DNA from: an uncultured Verrucomicrobiae bacterium
Lineage (GTDB): Bacteria; Verrucomicrobiota; Verrucomicrobiia; Palsa-1439
Length of the DNA stretch: 64,000 bases
Reading direction: 5' to 3'
NCBI GenBank assembly: GCA_963812605.1
Contig: CAWEWF010000002.1
Coordinates: forward strand, 125,120-189,119
Shown: piece by piece, positions 24,066-34,960 of the stretch
How positions within the stretch are numbered: the stretch's first letter is position 1
Layout of the letters: every line of letters starts with the position of its first letter
Notes under the pieces: model-generated
Told to the model about the DNA's origin: nothing
What the model saw: only the letters and a program-made list of their open reading frames with translations
Databases searched by the model: none
Program-made: the position numbers and the translations under genes

Positions 24066-25854
24066 TGAAGGCGATTACCCAGTTCTGGCAGCAGGTCAAA
24101 ACACACAGCCTTGGGCGCTCTGTTCTGTTGAGTGTGCTCGTCGGTGTCGTTGCCGGATTCGGGGCGCTGGGCTTCAATTTCATCCTCAATAGCGCGGGTG
24201 ACCTTTTCATGGTGCGGGCGGTCGGCTATCAGATGCCGCAACCCGGCGGGGAGGGCGTGACGAAGATACCCGCAGAAGCGTCGCGGCGATGGTTATTGTT
24301 CGTCGTGCCAGCGTTCGGTGGATTACTCTCCGGTTTGCTCGTGTTCTCCCTCGCTCCTGAAGCGGAAGGGCATGGCACCGACGCAATGGTCGACGCGTTC
24401 CATCAGAAACGCGGGGTCATTCGCAAACGAGTGCCCATCATCAAAACGTTCGCTTCGGCTCTGACGATCGGGAGCGGCGGATCAGCGGGACGCGAGGGGC
24501 CGATTGCGCAGGTCGGCGCGGCGTTCGGGTCAGCATTGGCGACGTGGTTGAAAGCCAGCGACCGCGAACGTCGAACTCTGTTGCTGGCCGGTGCGGGCGC
24601 GGGAATCGGGGCGGTGTTTCGCGCGCCACTCGGCGGGGCGCTATTCGCAATGGAAGTGCTGTATCGCGACATTGAGTTTGAAACAGCGGCGTTGGTGCCG
24701 TGTTTTGTGGCGGCAATCGTGTCGTACTCCATCTACTGCGGGGTGAGCGGCAGTTGGGGCGCGATTTTCTCGGTGCCGAACGTGACGTTCAACCATCCGC
24801 TGGAGTTGCCGCTGTACGTGGTGCTGGGGGCCGTGTGCGCACTGATGGGCATGTTGTACGTGAAGGTGTTTTACGGCATGCGCGACCATGTATTCCGTAA
24901 GCTGCGCCTCCCCAACCATCTGAAGCCAGCGCTTGGCGGACTGGTGGTCGGCGCAATTGGCTTCTTCTTACCCCAGGTGTTGGGCATGGGTTACGGATGG
25001 GTGCAATTGGCCATGAACCAGCAACTGCCGCTGAAGATCATCGTCGCCGTCGCGTTCATCAAGATTCTCACGACAAGTTTGACAATCAGTTCGGGAGGTA
25101 GCGGCGGCGTATTTGCGCCGTCGATGGTAATCGGCGGCATGGTCGGCGCCGCAGTCGGCACGGTGCTGCACGCCTGGCTGCCCCAGATCGTGACGCAACC
25201 CGCGGCGTTTGCACTCGTCGGCATGGCGGGATTCTTTGCGGGCGTGGCCAAGGCACCAGTGTCCTCGCTCATCATGGTGTCAGAAATGACGACCGGCTAC
25301 GGCTTGCTCACTCCGCTAATGTTGACAACAGCGGTGGGCTATCTCCTGGTGCCCCGTCGCCTCTCCCTTTACGAGAATCAGGTGGAATCGCGAGTCGATT
25401 CTCCAGCTCACGAAGGCGAGTACATGGTGGACACATTGGAAGGGCTGTTTGTGCGGGACGCGATGCCCAAGGCCCTTCAACCCGTTACGGTCCGATTCGA
25501 TGCGCCGTTGCCAGAGATTCTCGACACTGTTGCCGACTGCCGACAGCATGTGTTCCCCGTGCTGGATCCGGGGACGGGTTGCAGGGGGTAATTTTGTTCG
25601 ACGACATCCGTTTGTTTTTCACCGAGCGCAACCTTCCCCGGGAGGCAGTGGTCGCGCAGGATTTGTTGGCTTCCAATCTTGTGACCGTCCATCCCGACGA
25701 AGACCTTATGTCTACCCTGAAGAAGTTTCGCGAGACCGAACAGGTGGAACTGGTCGTCGTCGAGCGCGAGAACCCGCGCCGCGTCGTCGGCATCCTGAGC
25801 CGTCGCGATGTCCTTTCCACGTACCAGGATCGGGTGCAGCGACGGAGAACTTGA
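24065..25854 (+). CDS. ClC chloride channel/transporter with C-terminal CBS pair (frameshift near 25570)
   Basis: GSAGREGP, GGSGGVFAPS motifs; CBS domain completed by ORF 25579-25854. Confidence 0.9.
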
Positions 25855-25929
25855 AGGAAACGCAGATTCTAGTTGAGCCGCAGCGAAACTCAGCTATATT
25901 CTGGACAGCAGCAGGTGAGTGAGGTCACA

Positions 25930-26070
25930 ATGTTGAAATTGACGAGGCAGGAGCAATTGATCGTGGCGTTCTTCTTGTCCGCGCTCCTGTTGGGAACAGC
26001 GGTTAGGGAATGGCGCGCGCGGCATCCAAAGGCCGCCAGCGTCGCGACATCGGAAATGAGGGGCCGCTAA
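25930..26070 (+). CDS. Small single-TM protein resembling a ComEA N-terminal anchor
   Basis: MLKLTRQEQLIVAFFLSALLLGTAVREWR; GAGG RBS; TAATG overlap with next gene. Confidence 0.6.
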   Translation: MLKLTRQEQLIVAFFLSALLLGTAVREWRARHPKAASVATSEMRGR

Positions 26071-26561
26071 TGCAAAAGCAGAATTTCGCGGAGGCAGTCG
26101 ACGAGGTCGTGCGAGCGGATGGGCGTTACGATCGCGACGCCTACTACTTTGTGCGTGAGGGCCTCGACTTCACCATCAAAATGCTCAAGAAGGATTCGCG
26201 CGGCGCGGGACGGCATGTCAGTGGCCAGGAATTGCTTGACGGGTTACGGCGTTTTGCGCTCGATCAATTTGGTCCGATGGCCAAGACCGTCCTCAGCCAT
26301 TGGAACGTGAAAAAATGCGAGGATTTTGGGGAGATTGTATTTCGCATGGTGGACAAGGGCATCCTCGGCAAAACCGAACAGGACACCCGCGAAGATTTCA
26401 AAAACGGTTATGATTTTGACGAGGCCTTCGTCAAACCCTACCAGCCGCCTCCGCGCACGCGCAGCCGTCGTCCCGCCAAGAGCCAGGACGCCCCGGATCG
26501 CTTTCACAGTGTGCCGAGCCGCGCTTCCGATGCGAAGAAATTGAGCGGCGGCTCGAACTAG
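26070..26561 (+). CDS. Planctomycetes/Verrucomicrobia conserved protein (Minf_1886-like)
   Basis: DxRYxxDAYxFVREGLDFT, HVSGQELLDG, FGPMAKTV, DFGEIVF motifs. Confidence 0.85.
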   Translation: MQKQNFAEAVDEVVRADGRYDRDAYYFVREGLDFTIKMLKKDSRGAGRHVSGQELLDGLRRFALDQFGPMAKTVLSHWNVKKCEDFGEIVFRMVDKGILGKTEQDTREDFKNGYDFDEAFVKPYQPPPRTRSRRPAKSQDAPDRFHSVPSRASDAKKLSGGSN

Positions 26562-26575
26562 GTGTCTGAGACGGC

Positions 26576-29179
26576 ATGCGATTCAACTTCCGCTGCGGCG
26601 TTGCCGTCGCGTTCACATTTATCGCAGGAATTTCAATGACCCACGCGCAAACTCTCAATTCCCCACCCGTTCACAAGGTCGTCTTCGATAACGGGCTTAC
26701 GCTTCTGGTTCGCGAAGACCACAGCGCACCGGTCGTCAGCGCCCAGGCGTGGGTGCGCGCAGGCAGCATCACGGAAGGCCCGTGGATGGGCGCTGGTCTC
26801 TCGCATGTATTGGAGCACATGCTCTTCAAGGGCACGACCACGCGCGGCGTATCGCAAATTGCGCAGGAGATCGAGCGCAAGGGCGGTTACATCAATGCCT
26901 ATACCTCCTTCGAGCAAACCGTTTTCTACATCAATATCCCGTCGGAAAACTGGCAGACCGCCGTGGATATCCTGGCCGACTGCATGCAGCACGCGACCAT
27001 TCCCGAACCCGAGTTGCTGAAGGAAAAGCGGGTCATTCTCCGCGAGATGGCAATGAATAATGACGATCCGTCGCGCCGCGCCAATCGCTCGTTATGGGCA
27101 ACCGCCTATACGACCCACCCGTACCGCTTTCCTGTTATCGGCTATCCCGATATTTACAATCGCCTCAAGCGTGACGACGTTGTCGCCTATTACAAGGAAC
27201 ATTACGTACCGAATAACCTCGTGTTTGTCGTCGTTGGCGACGTGGATGCGGCCAAGGTCGAGCAGGAACTGCGCGACCAGACAAAGGACGCCGATATGGG
27301 CGCGGTGGCGCCGGCTTTCGTCCCGCCCGAGCCGGCGCAGCTTAGTTTGCGCGAACGCCACGAAGAGATGCCGATGCAGCTCTCGCAGATCCATCTGGCC
27401 TGGCACATCCCCGCAGTCACGCATCCCGATGTTTATCCGCTGGACGTACTGGCCATTGTTCTCGGCCAGGGGAACAGCTCGCGCCTGTATCGCGAGCTTC
27501 GCCAAAAGCGCGGCCTGGTGCTGGGAATCGGCGCCGGGAGCTATACGCCCGGTTATCCCGGGATTTTCGTCATTGAAGCTACCGCGGAGCCTGCCAGGCG
27601 TGAAGCGGCCATCGCCGCCATTCGCGAGCAGGTGAAACAACTCGCGGAACAACCGATCACGGAAGAGGAACTGCACAAGGCAATCAAAATCAGCACCAAC
27701 AGCCACCTCGAACGGCTCAAGACGATGCAAGGCCAGGCCTCGGACATCGCGCAAAATGAATTCCTCGTAGGTGATCCGAACTTTTCAGACGTGTACCTGG
27801 AGAACCTGCGCAAGGTTACCCGCGATGACCTGCAACGCGTGATCCAGACGTACTTCACCGACAACAATCTGACCATCACCACGCTCAACCCGCCCGGCAC
27901 GCTGCCCAAGCCACCACCGACAGCAACCGCCAAAGCGGAAATCACGATCAAAAAGTTTGAGTTTTCAAACGGACTTCGCTTGCTCGTGCGCGAAGATCCA
28001 AAACTGCCTTTGGTCGATTTCCATGCCATCCTGAAAGGGGGCGTCATTGCTGAGACCGGCGAAAACAACGGCATCACGAAACTGACCGCGCGGATGTTGC
28101 TCAAAGGAACGAAAACGCGCACTGCGGAGCAGATCGCCGAAACGATGGAGTCGGTTGGCGGCGGCATCAGCCACTTTTCGGGCAACAATAGTTTTGGCAT
28201 CGCAGCCCAATCGTTGAGCGAGGATTTCGACCGCACCCTCGACTTACTGGCCGACGTTCTCCAGAACCCGACGTTCCCCGATGACATGCTGACACGTGAA
28301 CGCGCAGTGCAGATTTCGGAGTTCAAGTCCGAGCAGGACCAGATTCTGCGCAAAGGGCAACAAACTCTCCGTGAGGCGCTCTTTGAGCAGCATCCTTATC
28401 GCTTGAATCCGCTGGGGAACTCCAATGTGCTCGCAAAACTTACCCGCGCCGATCTCGCTGACTTTCACCGCCGCTTTGTCGTGCCAAGCAATCTCGTGCT
28501 CACGGTGTTCGGAAATGTGAACGCCGACGAGGTGCGCAAAAAGGTCGAGGCGAAGTTTGGTTCCATGCCGTCGGCGCAACTGGAATTCCCGGTGACGGGC
28601 CCGGAGTCGCTTCACGCCGACGCGCGCAAGGTGCAGAAGGTTCCGAAGGAGCAGGCTGTGCTTCTCATCGGTTACAGCGGCACGGATATTTTCAGCAAGG
28701 ACCGTTTCGCGCTGGAATTGCTCAGCGAAGCGTACACCGGGCAGGGTTCACGCGTCTTCCGCCGTCTCCGCGACGAATTGGGGCTGTGCTACTACGTTGG
28801 CGCGTCCCAGTTTCTGGGTCTCGACCCCGGCTATTTCGCCTTTTACGTCGGCACCACGCCGCAAAACGTCGGCACTTGCGAGAAGGAAATCTTCGCCGAG
28901 CTTGAGAAATTGGAAGCGAACGGATTGAGCGATGAAGAATTGACCCGCGCCCAAAACAGCATCATCGGGCAGCGCCGCGTTCATATGCAGGATAACTCCG
29001 AGTTGAGTTTGCTGGTGGGCTCGGACGAATTGTGCGGGCTGGGGTATGAGAATTTTCGGACAATGGATGACAAGTATCGCGCGGTGACCCTCGATGACAT
29101 CAAGCGCGTGGCGAACCAGTATTTTACCAACAAAGCGCACGCCATCGTCGTGGTGACGCCGGCCGGGCAGGAGGAATAA
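26576..29179 (+). CDS. M16 (pitrilysin-family) zinc protease, fused two-module form
   Basis: HVLEH inverted zinc motif, NAYTS; second module lacks the motif; possible signal peptide. Confidence 0.93.
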   Translation: MRFNFRCGVAVAFTFIAGISMTHAQTLNSPPVHKVVFDNGLTLLVREDHSAPVVSAQAWVRAGSITEGPWMGAGLSHVLEHMLFKGTTTRGVSQIAQEIERKGGYINAYTSFEQTVFYINIPSENWQTAVDILADCMQHATIPEPELLKEKRVILREMAMNNDDPSRRANRSLWATAYTTHPYRFPVIGYPDIYNRLKRDDVVAYYKEHYVPNNLVFVVVGDVDAAKVEQELRDQTKDADMGAVAPAFVPPEPAQLSLRERHEEMPMQLSQIHLAWHIPAVTHPDVYPLDVLAIVLGQGNSSRLYRELRQKRGLVLGIGAGSYTPGYPGIFVIEATAEPARREAAIAAIREQVKQLAEQPITEEELHKAIKISTNSHLERLKTMQGQASDIAQNEFLVGDPNFSDVYLENLRKVTRDDLQRVIQTYFTDNNLTITTLNPPGTLPKPPPTATAKAEITIKKFEFSNGLRLLVREDPKLPLVDFHAILKGGVIAETGENNGITKLTARMLLKGTKTRTAEQIAETMESVGGGISHFSGNNSFGIAAQSLSEDFDRTLDLLADVLQNPTFPDDMLTRERAVQISEFKSEQDQILRKGQQTLREALFEQHPYRLNPLGNSNVLAKLTRADLADFHRRFVVPSNLVLTVFGNVNADEVRKKVEAKFGSMPSAQLEFPVTGPESLHADARKVQKVPKEQAVLLIGYSGTDIFSKDRFALELLSEAYTGQGSRVFRRLRDELGLCYYVGASQFLGLDPGYFAFYVGTTPQNVGTCEKEIFAELEKLEANGLSDEELTRAQNSIIGQRRVHMQDNSELSLLVGSDELCGLGYENFRTMDDKYRAVTLDDIKRVANQYFTNKAHAIVVVTPAGQEE

Positions 29180-29181
29180 AC

Positions 29182-29556
29182 ATGGCTGAAGTTCAAAAAG
29201 ACACTCAGGGTTCGACCGAGGACACACTCCGTTTCCTGGACATGGTCGGCTTGTTCGGACAGCAAGCGATGATGGCCCTCGGCAAGCTCGCCAACCCCGC
29301 CACGGGCAAAGCTGAAAAGAACCTGCCGGCCGCGCGCCTCTTCATCGATACGCTGGAAATGCTCGAGAGCAAGACCAAGGGCAACCTCAATTCGGACGAG
29401 ACGAAGGTGCTCCACGCCACGCTCACCGACTTGCGCCTGATGTACGTCGAGGAATCCAAGGCACCCCAGGCGCCCGAGAAACCTTCCGAACCGGCCAAGC
29501 CGGCGGAAGGCGCAGCCGACGATCCGAAAGTCAAGTTTCGCAAGACCTACGATTAG
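29182..29556 (+). CDS. DUF1844 family protein
   Basis: ALGKLANP, ARLFIDTLEML-KTKGNL, LRLMYV. Confidence 0.88.
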   Translation: MAEVQKDTQGSTEDTLRFLDMVGLFGQQAMMALGKLANPATGKAEKNLPAARLFIDTLEMLESKTKGNLNSDETKVLHATLTDLRLMYVEESKAPQAPEKPSEPAKPAEGAADDPKVKFRKTYD

Positions 29557-30389
29557 GCTTTCGTCGGGCGTTTGTTTCGCCGCCGTTCGACGAACCATGC
29601 CAGCCAGATCGTGATCTCGCAAATCACGATGAGCGGAAGCGACATCATGATCATTGAAAACGGGTCGGGTGGCGCAAGGATGGCCGCGAGAATAACCGCT
29701 CCCGCAATCATGATCTTGCGTCCGCCGGCCACTGTGCGGGCGCTGAGCAGGCCCAGCCGCACCAACATCAGAATGACCAGCGGCACTTCGAAGGTGATCC
29801 CCACCGACAGCATGAAGTTCGTCACGAAGCCGACGTAGTCGACCGCGGTCCATTGGCGTTTCATGTCCAGCCAGTCGGTGTACTTGAGGAACACCTTCAA
29901 TGTTTGCGGAATCATGACGTAATAACAAATGGCTGCGCCAGCCAGGAAGAGCAGTGTCCCAAAAATAAAAGTGGGCATGAGCAGCGCCCGCTCCTTCTTC
30001 TTCAGCGCGGGCAGAATAAAGTCTGCCAGAAAATAGCAGATCGCGGGCGAGGCCACCACCAGCCCGCCATAAAACGACAGCTTCATCCAAAGGAAAAAGG
30101 CGTCGGTAACCCTCAGGCTGACAAGCTGTCCTTCCGGGCCGGGCACGATGCGCCGCCACGGTTCTTCGAGGAAGATAAGGATGCGATTGGCAAACACCAG
30201 GCAGACGTTGAAACCGACGAAGAGCGCGATGCCGATCTTGATGATTGTGCTGCGGAGGTCTTCCAGGTGCTCGAAGAAGGATTTGCTCTCACCTTCCGCG
30301 TCTTCGGACACGACTTGGAGTTCGTGGCGCGAATCCGAGTTCTGTTGCTTGGCCAGCCAGCCGGTCAATATCGCAAGCCATCTAAGCAA
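29553..30389 (-). CDS. tatC: Twin-arginine translocase TatC
   Basis: SFFEHLEDLR, FILPAL, FEVP, PPDPFS. Confidence 0.93.
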   Translation of the reverse strand: MLRWLAILTGWLAKQQNSDSRHELQVVSEDAEGESKSFFEHLEDLRSTIIKIGIALFVGFNVCLVFANRILIFLEEPWRRIVPGPEGQLVSLRVTDAFFLWMKLSFYGGLVVASPAICYFLADFILPALKKKERALLMPTFIFGTLLFLAGAAICYYVMIPQTLKVFLKYTDWLDMKRQWTAVDYVGFVTNFMLSVGITFEVPLVILMLVRLGLLSARTVAGGRKIMIAGAVILAAILAPPDPFSMIMMSLPLIVICEITIWLAWFVERRRNKRPTKA

Positions 30390-30410
30390 GCTCGTCCATC
30401 AGTCGTGCAA

Positions 30411-30659
30411 CTAGTTCAGTTTCGTGTCCGGGGGTTGCGGGGTGCTGGAAGCGGTGATTTCCGGCTTGCTCGGCGCGGGTGGCGTTGGCGCCTGGGGAGG
30501 ATCGTCGTGCATGTCACGGGAAGCCTTTTTGAACTCTTTCATCGCCTCACCGATTCCCCGGGCCAATTCCGGCAGCTTCTTGCCTCCAAACAGCAAGAAA
30601 AGGATGATCAGCACAAGAATGATGTGCCATTCACTCACCACTGCTAATACAGGTGCCAT
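30411..30659 (-). CDS. tatA: Twin-arginine translocase TatA/E
   Basis: LLFGGKKLPELARGIGEAMKEFKK. Confidence 0.93.
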   Translation of the reverse strand: MAPVLAVVSEWHIILVLIILFLLFGGKKLPELARGIGEAMKEFKKASRDMHDDPPQAPTPPAPSKPEITASSTPQPPDTKLN

Positions 30660-30723
30660 ACGTGTCTCCTGACAGGTGCACACTACTACGGCGTTTTCCG
30701 CCTGTCAACGAAGCAGCCAAAGT

Positions 30724-31260
30724 CTATTGATTCACGACCGCAAACTCACAACGGCGGTTTTTTGACCAGGCCGCTTCGTCGTGACCCATGTCCGCGGGTC
30801 GGTCCGAGCCGTAACTGATGGTCGTGATCCGGCTGCCGTCAGCGCCCAGCTTGGCCAGTTCCTCGCGGGCGGCCAGTGCGCGACGTTCACCCAGCGCCCG
30901 GTTGAATTCGGCCGTGCCGCGTTCATCGCAATGGCCTTCCACCACCAGCTTGCCGGGGTTCGACTTCAAGTACGCAGCTACTGCCTGGAGCTTCGACTCT
31001 TCACTGGGCCGAATGCGCGCGCTGTCGTAATCAAAATAAACGGGGGCAAACTGTCCGTGCGCGAGGTCGGTAACGCCTTCCGGGCGCACGCCGTTGGCAC
31101 TCGTAACGTCGGAACCAGGACCACCGAGCGGCGGTACGCCGTTTTCTGCACCCGGCTGCTTTGCGCCTCCATTGGTTGCGGTCTTGTTCTTGCAGCCCGT
31201 CAATCCAAATGCCGCAATCACGGTCGCCAAAATGATCTGTACTAAAAACTTCTTCCTCAT
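30724..31260 (-). CDS. pal: Peptidoglycan-associated lipoprotein
   Basis: Lipobox LTGC; VYFDYD, EGHCDERGT, LGERRA, NRR. Confidence 0.93.
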   Translation of the reverse strand: MRKKFLVQIILATVIAAFGLTGCKNKTATNGGAKQPGAENGVPPLGGPGSDVTSANGVRPEGVTDLAHGQFAPVYFDYDSARIRPSEESKLQAVAAYLKSNPGKLVVEGHCDERGTAEFNRALGERRALAAREELAKLGADGSRITTISYGSDRPADMGHDEAAWSKNRRCEFAVVNQ

Positions 31261-31305
31261 GAGAGGTATTCTCCTTGTAACGATTGATTTCTTCGCATCC
31301 GCAAA

Positions 31306-32541
31306 TTACGGTCCCCACGCGGGTTCGGATGCGCCCCCTTCGATAGCAGGCAACTGTACTTGTTCGCCGGTCACAACGTCAAGCAGATACAACTGTGTCC
31401 GCCAGTGCTGGGTCTTCCCAAACACCAGGTGCCGTCCGTCCGGCGCCCACGACGGATCTTCATTGTCGGCGCCGTCGGCAACCACCGGCGTCACCGCACC
31501 GCTGCCGCGATCGTACACTCCCAATTGAAACTTGCCGCCGACCCGCGACGTGAGCGCCAGCATCGGCTTCATATCGGAGTTGGCGGGCGGACGCGACCAA
31601 TCGGGCTCCGTGTTATAACTTGGCGACGTTGTCAATTTTGACGGCGTGCCCCCCTCCTTGCCCGTCATCCAAATCTGGGGCGCGCCGCTTTCATCACTTA
31701 CGTAGGCGATGTCCCGTCCATCGGGTGACCATGTCGGTGATGATTCCCCACCGCGGGAATGGGTCAATTGTCGCAAATCGCCTCCTGTGGCGTTCATCGT
31801 GTATAGCTCGGGGTTCCCGCCCTTGCTCAGCGTCAAGGCGATGCTCAAGCCATCGGGTGAAAACGCTGCGCCGGTGTTTAGTCCCGGGTAGGCCGCCAGG
31901 CGCAGCCGCTGGCCGGTGTAAAGATCCACTTCGAGCACGTCAGGGAAAAGATTCTTGTAACTGGTGTAGACGATCTTACGGCCATCGGGCGACCAACGGG
32001 GGCGCACACTAATCGAACGATCATACGTGAGTTGTTTCACGTTATAACCGTCGTAATCCATCACGGCCAATTCCTTCGCGCCGCCATGCGACCAGACAAA
32101 GGCGATCTTCGTCTGCGCGATGCCCGGCTGGCCGGTGATTGCCTGGACAATATCATCCGTCAGCTTGTGCACCGCGCGCCGCAAATCCTGTCCGCTGCCC
32201 TGGTAGGTTTTCGAGAGCACAACTTTCTTGGTGGCCTGCTGCTCCACGACGCACTCGATGACCACGCCGCTACGGTCACCGCGCACCGCGCCCGATTGCA
32301 CGAATTCCGCGCTGCTCGCCGGTGACAGCGAAAAATACCCCGACAACCGCAGATCGTTCTTCAATACATCCGTCACCTGCCCCGCAATCGACGCATCGCC
32401 GGCGAAACCCGAAACGCCAAACGAGCGGCGTCCCTTCGCTACATCGACATCCGCGCCGAACACGCCCTGGCCGACCAACGTGGCTGTAAGCAAACACATG
32501 GTCATCGCTTGAATGGGCCGCTTCCAAAACGATTGATACAT
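31306..32541 (-). CDS. tolB: Tol-Pal beta-propeller protein TolB
   Basis: PD40 repeats WSPDG, MDYDG; next to pal. Confidence 0.9.
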   Translation of the reverse strand: MYQSFWKRPIQAMTMCLLTATLVGQGVFGADVDVAKGRRSFGVSGFAGDASIAGQVTDVLKNDLRLSGYFSLSPASSAEFVQSGAVRGDRSGVVIECVVEQQATKKVVLSKTYQGSGQDLRRAVHKLTDDIVQAITGQPGIAQTKIAFVWSHGGAKELAVMDYDGYNVKQLTYDRSISVRPRWSPDGRKIVYTSYKNLFPDVLEVDLYTGQRLRLAAYPGLNTGAAFSPDGLSIALTLSKGGNPELYTMNATGGDLRQLTHSRGGESSPTWSPDGRDIAYVSDESGAPQIWMTGKEGGTPSKLTTSPSYNTEPDWSRPPANSDMKPMLALTSRVGGKFQLGVYDRGSGAVTPVVADGADNEDPSWAPDGRHLVFGKTQHWRTQLYLLDVVTGEQVQLPAIEGGASEPAWGP

Positions 32542-32546
32542 ACCTC

Positions 32547-33506
32547 TTACCCCTCCAATCGAAAATTCACCGAGATTTCAGCAAAGTCGCCACCCAAACC
32601 TTCCGGTAGCGGATCCAAACGCGGTACATTGTGCGCCGCCGTCACGGCCGAGTCGTCCATCAATTTGTTGCCCGACGAATGCTCCAGGCGCACGCCTTCA
32701 ATCCGCCCGTCGCGCGCGACGTGCAGGATAATGGTCGTCACCAGTTTTTTATCGAAACTGGTTGCCTGCCCCGGTTGGTCCCAAGCTTCGTACATGCGAT
32801 CGTGCACGTGCATGTAGTATGACCAAAACTGGGAGCCCTTGCCAACCCCGCCGGCAATTCCGTCCGCCGCGCCATCAGGCGAACCCAAACGCCCGTACTT
32901 CGACACGCCGGTGCCGCCGCCTGCGGCACGGTTGTCACCGCCGGCACTGCCGCCTTCCGAGGCCGCGAGGGCGCTCGCAAAGTGCTGGCGAATTGCGTCG
33001 GCGCTAACTGCCGCGCCAGTCGAGGCGGTCTTGGCGGGTAGTTTCGCATTTGCCACGGTCTTCTTTGCAGTCGTCGTCGACTTGTCAACCGGCTTGTCCG
33101 CCACCTTTGTGGCTGTCGTATCGACCGGTTTCCTGGTTTCCTTGGGAACGGGCTTCTTTGGAATCGCGATAGCGTTCGGATCGTTTGGTTCCGGTGGCGC
33201 CGCCCTGGCTTTGGGCGCGACAGGCTCTTCTGGCTTGGCGACCGGCTCGCTTGGCGCGGCCGAGGGCGCGGCGGCCTGCCCGGCTGGTTCCGCTGGCGGC
33301 GGAGCGTAATTGCCCCGTCCCATTCCCGTGCCGGTGGGCAAATCGCCCAGGATGTCAGCGGGTATGATCAATTCGGTGGCTGCGGGTACGTTGGAGCGGG
33401 CGTTGTTGAAGACACCTTCAAAGACAACAATCCCGCTGATTATCGCGACATGAACGAGGCACGCGACGATAAAGTTTCGGCGGAATCGTTTCTCAATCGT
33501 ACTCAT
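32547..33506 (-). CDS. tolA: TolA/TonB family protein
   Basis: TM with His, Pro/Lys/Ala-rich linker, TonB_2-like C-terminus (SSGNKLMDDSA). Confidence 0.8.
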   Translation of the reverse strand: MSTIEKRFRRNFIVACLVHVAIISGIVVFEGVFNNARSNVPAATELIIPADILGDLPTGTGMGRGNYAPPPAEPAGQAAAPSAAPSEPVAKPEEPVAPKARAAPPEPNDPNAIAIPKKPVPKETRKPVDTTATKVADKPVDKSTTTAKKTVANAKLPAKTASTGAAVSADAIRQHFASALAASEGGSAGGDNRAAGGGTGVSKYGRLGSPDGAADGIAGGVGKGSQFWSYYMHVHDRMYEAWDQPGQATSFDKKLVTTIILHVARDGRIEGVRLEHSSGNKLMDDSAVTAAHNVPRLDPLPEGLGGDFAEISVNFRLEG

Positions 33507-33943
33507 CTCCGCGCGAGTTTCGGTGGCGATTCTTCCTGGGTCAGCAGCGCGATGCGCGTGATTTTGGCGGCGTGCAACTCCTTGAGCACTTCCATGACGG
33601 CGCCGTAATTGTTCACCTCATCGGCCTTGACGAGAATTGTGATGGGCGGATCGGACTGGGCCAATTTCGCCAGTTCACCGCGCAGTTGCGGCTGCGACAG
33701 GGCGATGTCGTTGAGGTAAATCTTCCCGCGCTTGTCCACGGAGAGCGTGCGCGTTTGCTCGCGCTTGATCTGGTCGGTGGTGCCCTTCGGCAAATTGATG
33801 TTCATGCCGTACTCGACCACGGGGAAGAAAATGATGACCGCAATGAAGAGTTGCATGAACAGGTCCACGAGGGGCATGACGTTGATCTCACCCAGCTCGG
33901 GCAGATGTCCGTACCGTTTTCCGCGATTCGAGGGGCGTCTCAT
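33503..33943 (-). CDS. tolR: ExbD/TolR family protein
   Basis: EINVMPLVD, VKAD, YGAVMEVL. Confidence 0.85.
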   Translation of the reverse strand: MRRPSNRGKRYGHLPELGEINVMPLVDLFMQLFIAVIIFFPVVEYGMNINLPKGTTDQIKREQTRTLSVDKRGKIYLNDIALSQPQLRGELAKLAQSDPPITILVKADEVNNYGAVMEVLKELHAAKITRIALLTQEESPPKLARR

Positions 33944-33954
33944 AAATCATCACG

Positions 33955-34014
33955 TGTAGCCGCGAATCTCATTCGCGGATTTTTATCCCACCGCGAAAAG
34001 GTTTCGCGGCTACA
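33955..34014. repeat. GTAG-type REP doublet
   Basis: TGTAGCCGCGAA...TTCGCGGCTACA outer arms, each half a hairpin; between tolQ and tolR. Confidence 0.75.
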
Positions 34015-34034
34015 GACCCGATGTGCAGGCGTGT

Positions 34035-34805
34035 TCAATTCGTCACGTAGTTGTGCTCGACGGCATTCACGAACTCGTCGGCAAAGCTTTCCATTTCCAT
34101 TGTCGAGTGCCGAATCCGTTGCGCGAGCCAATTGTAGGCAAACAGCGAGGGTACCGCCACGAGCAGGCCGACGACCGTCGCCAGCAACGCCGCGGAAATA
34201 CCCGGCGCCACCGCGCCGAGACGCACGGTCCCGTATTCGCCCATCGCGGCAAAGACGCTCATCACACCCCAGGAACTGCCGAGTAGCCCGAGGAATGGGC
34301 CGCCCGTCACCGCGGTGGAAAGAACGCTGACCTGTGATTCGAGCTTCATGACCTCGTTGTCGATCGCGCGACCAAGTGCGCCGCGCAGCGTATCGAGGTT
34401 CACAACGGTTCGGTCGGAGATGCTGACATCCGTATCGACTGACGCGAGCGTCGTCGTCCCGCCGCCGCCAAAGGCCTTGTAGCCGCCGGCAACCTTGCGG
34501 GGGCTGCTGCCGTTCCCGAACTGCGAAGAAACCTCTTCCGCGCCCATGCGGTAGATGTTGTAAAGCGGGCACTCCGGTACTTCGTAATTATTGATGAAAA
34601 GATGCAGCGGGTCGCGCTCGCGACGAAACTGCGCCAGGAACGATTCGCCCGAGCCACGCGCGCGGCGAAGTTGCTGCCACTTGGTGAGCATGACCGACCA
34701 CGTAAAGGCCGAGCCAAGACACAACACCACAACGATTACCTTGCCGGGCCAGTCAGCTTGTCCAAAAATGTACAAGATGCCTCCGGCTGCGAGTACGACA
34801 TTCAT
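34035..34805 (-). CDS. tolQ: MotA/TolQ/ExbB proton channel protein
   Basis: GPFLGLLG, VAPGISAALLAT, GLLVAVP. Confidence 0.88.
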   Translation of the reverse strand: MNVVLAAGGILYIFGQADWPGKVIVVVLCLGSAFTWSVMLTKWQQLRRARGSGESFLAQFRRERDPLHLFINNYEVPECPLYNIYRMGAEEVSSQFGNGSSPRKVAGGYKAFGGGGTTTLASVDTDVSISDRTVVNLDTLRGALGRAIDNEVMKLESQVSVLSTAVTGGPFLGLLGSSWGVMSVFAAMGEYGTVRLGAVAPGISAALLATVVGLLVAVPSLFAYNWLAQRIRHSTMEMESFADEFVNAVEHNYVTN

Positions 34806-34960
34806 CCCCAAACCCTCCTTGTTTGGCCGCAGAGAACAGCCAAGGAGCACTTATACAACTTTACTCGGCCCAGTCAAACTTTTCTTTGGATTTCTTCAGG
34901 AATCGGTGACATTTTTTTCGGCTCGAATTCCGGGTGCGTCTGCGCTACAGACAACAGCGC

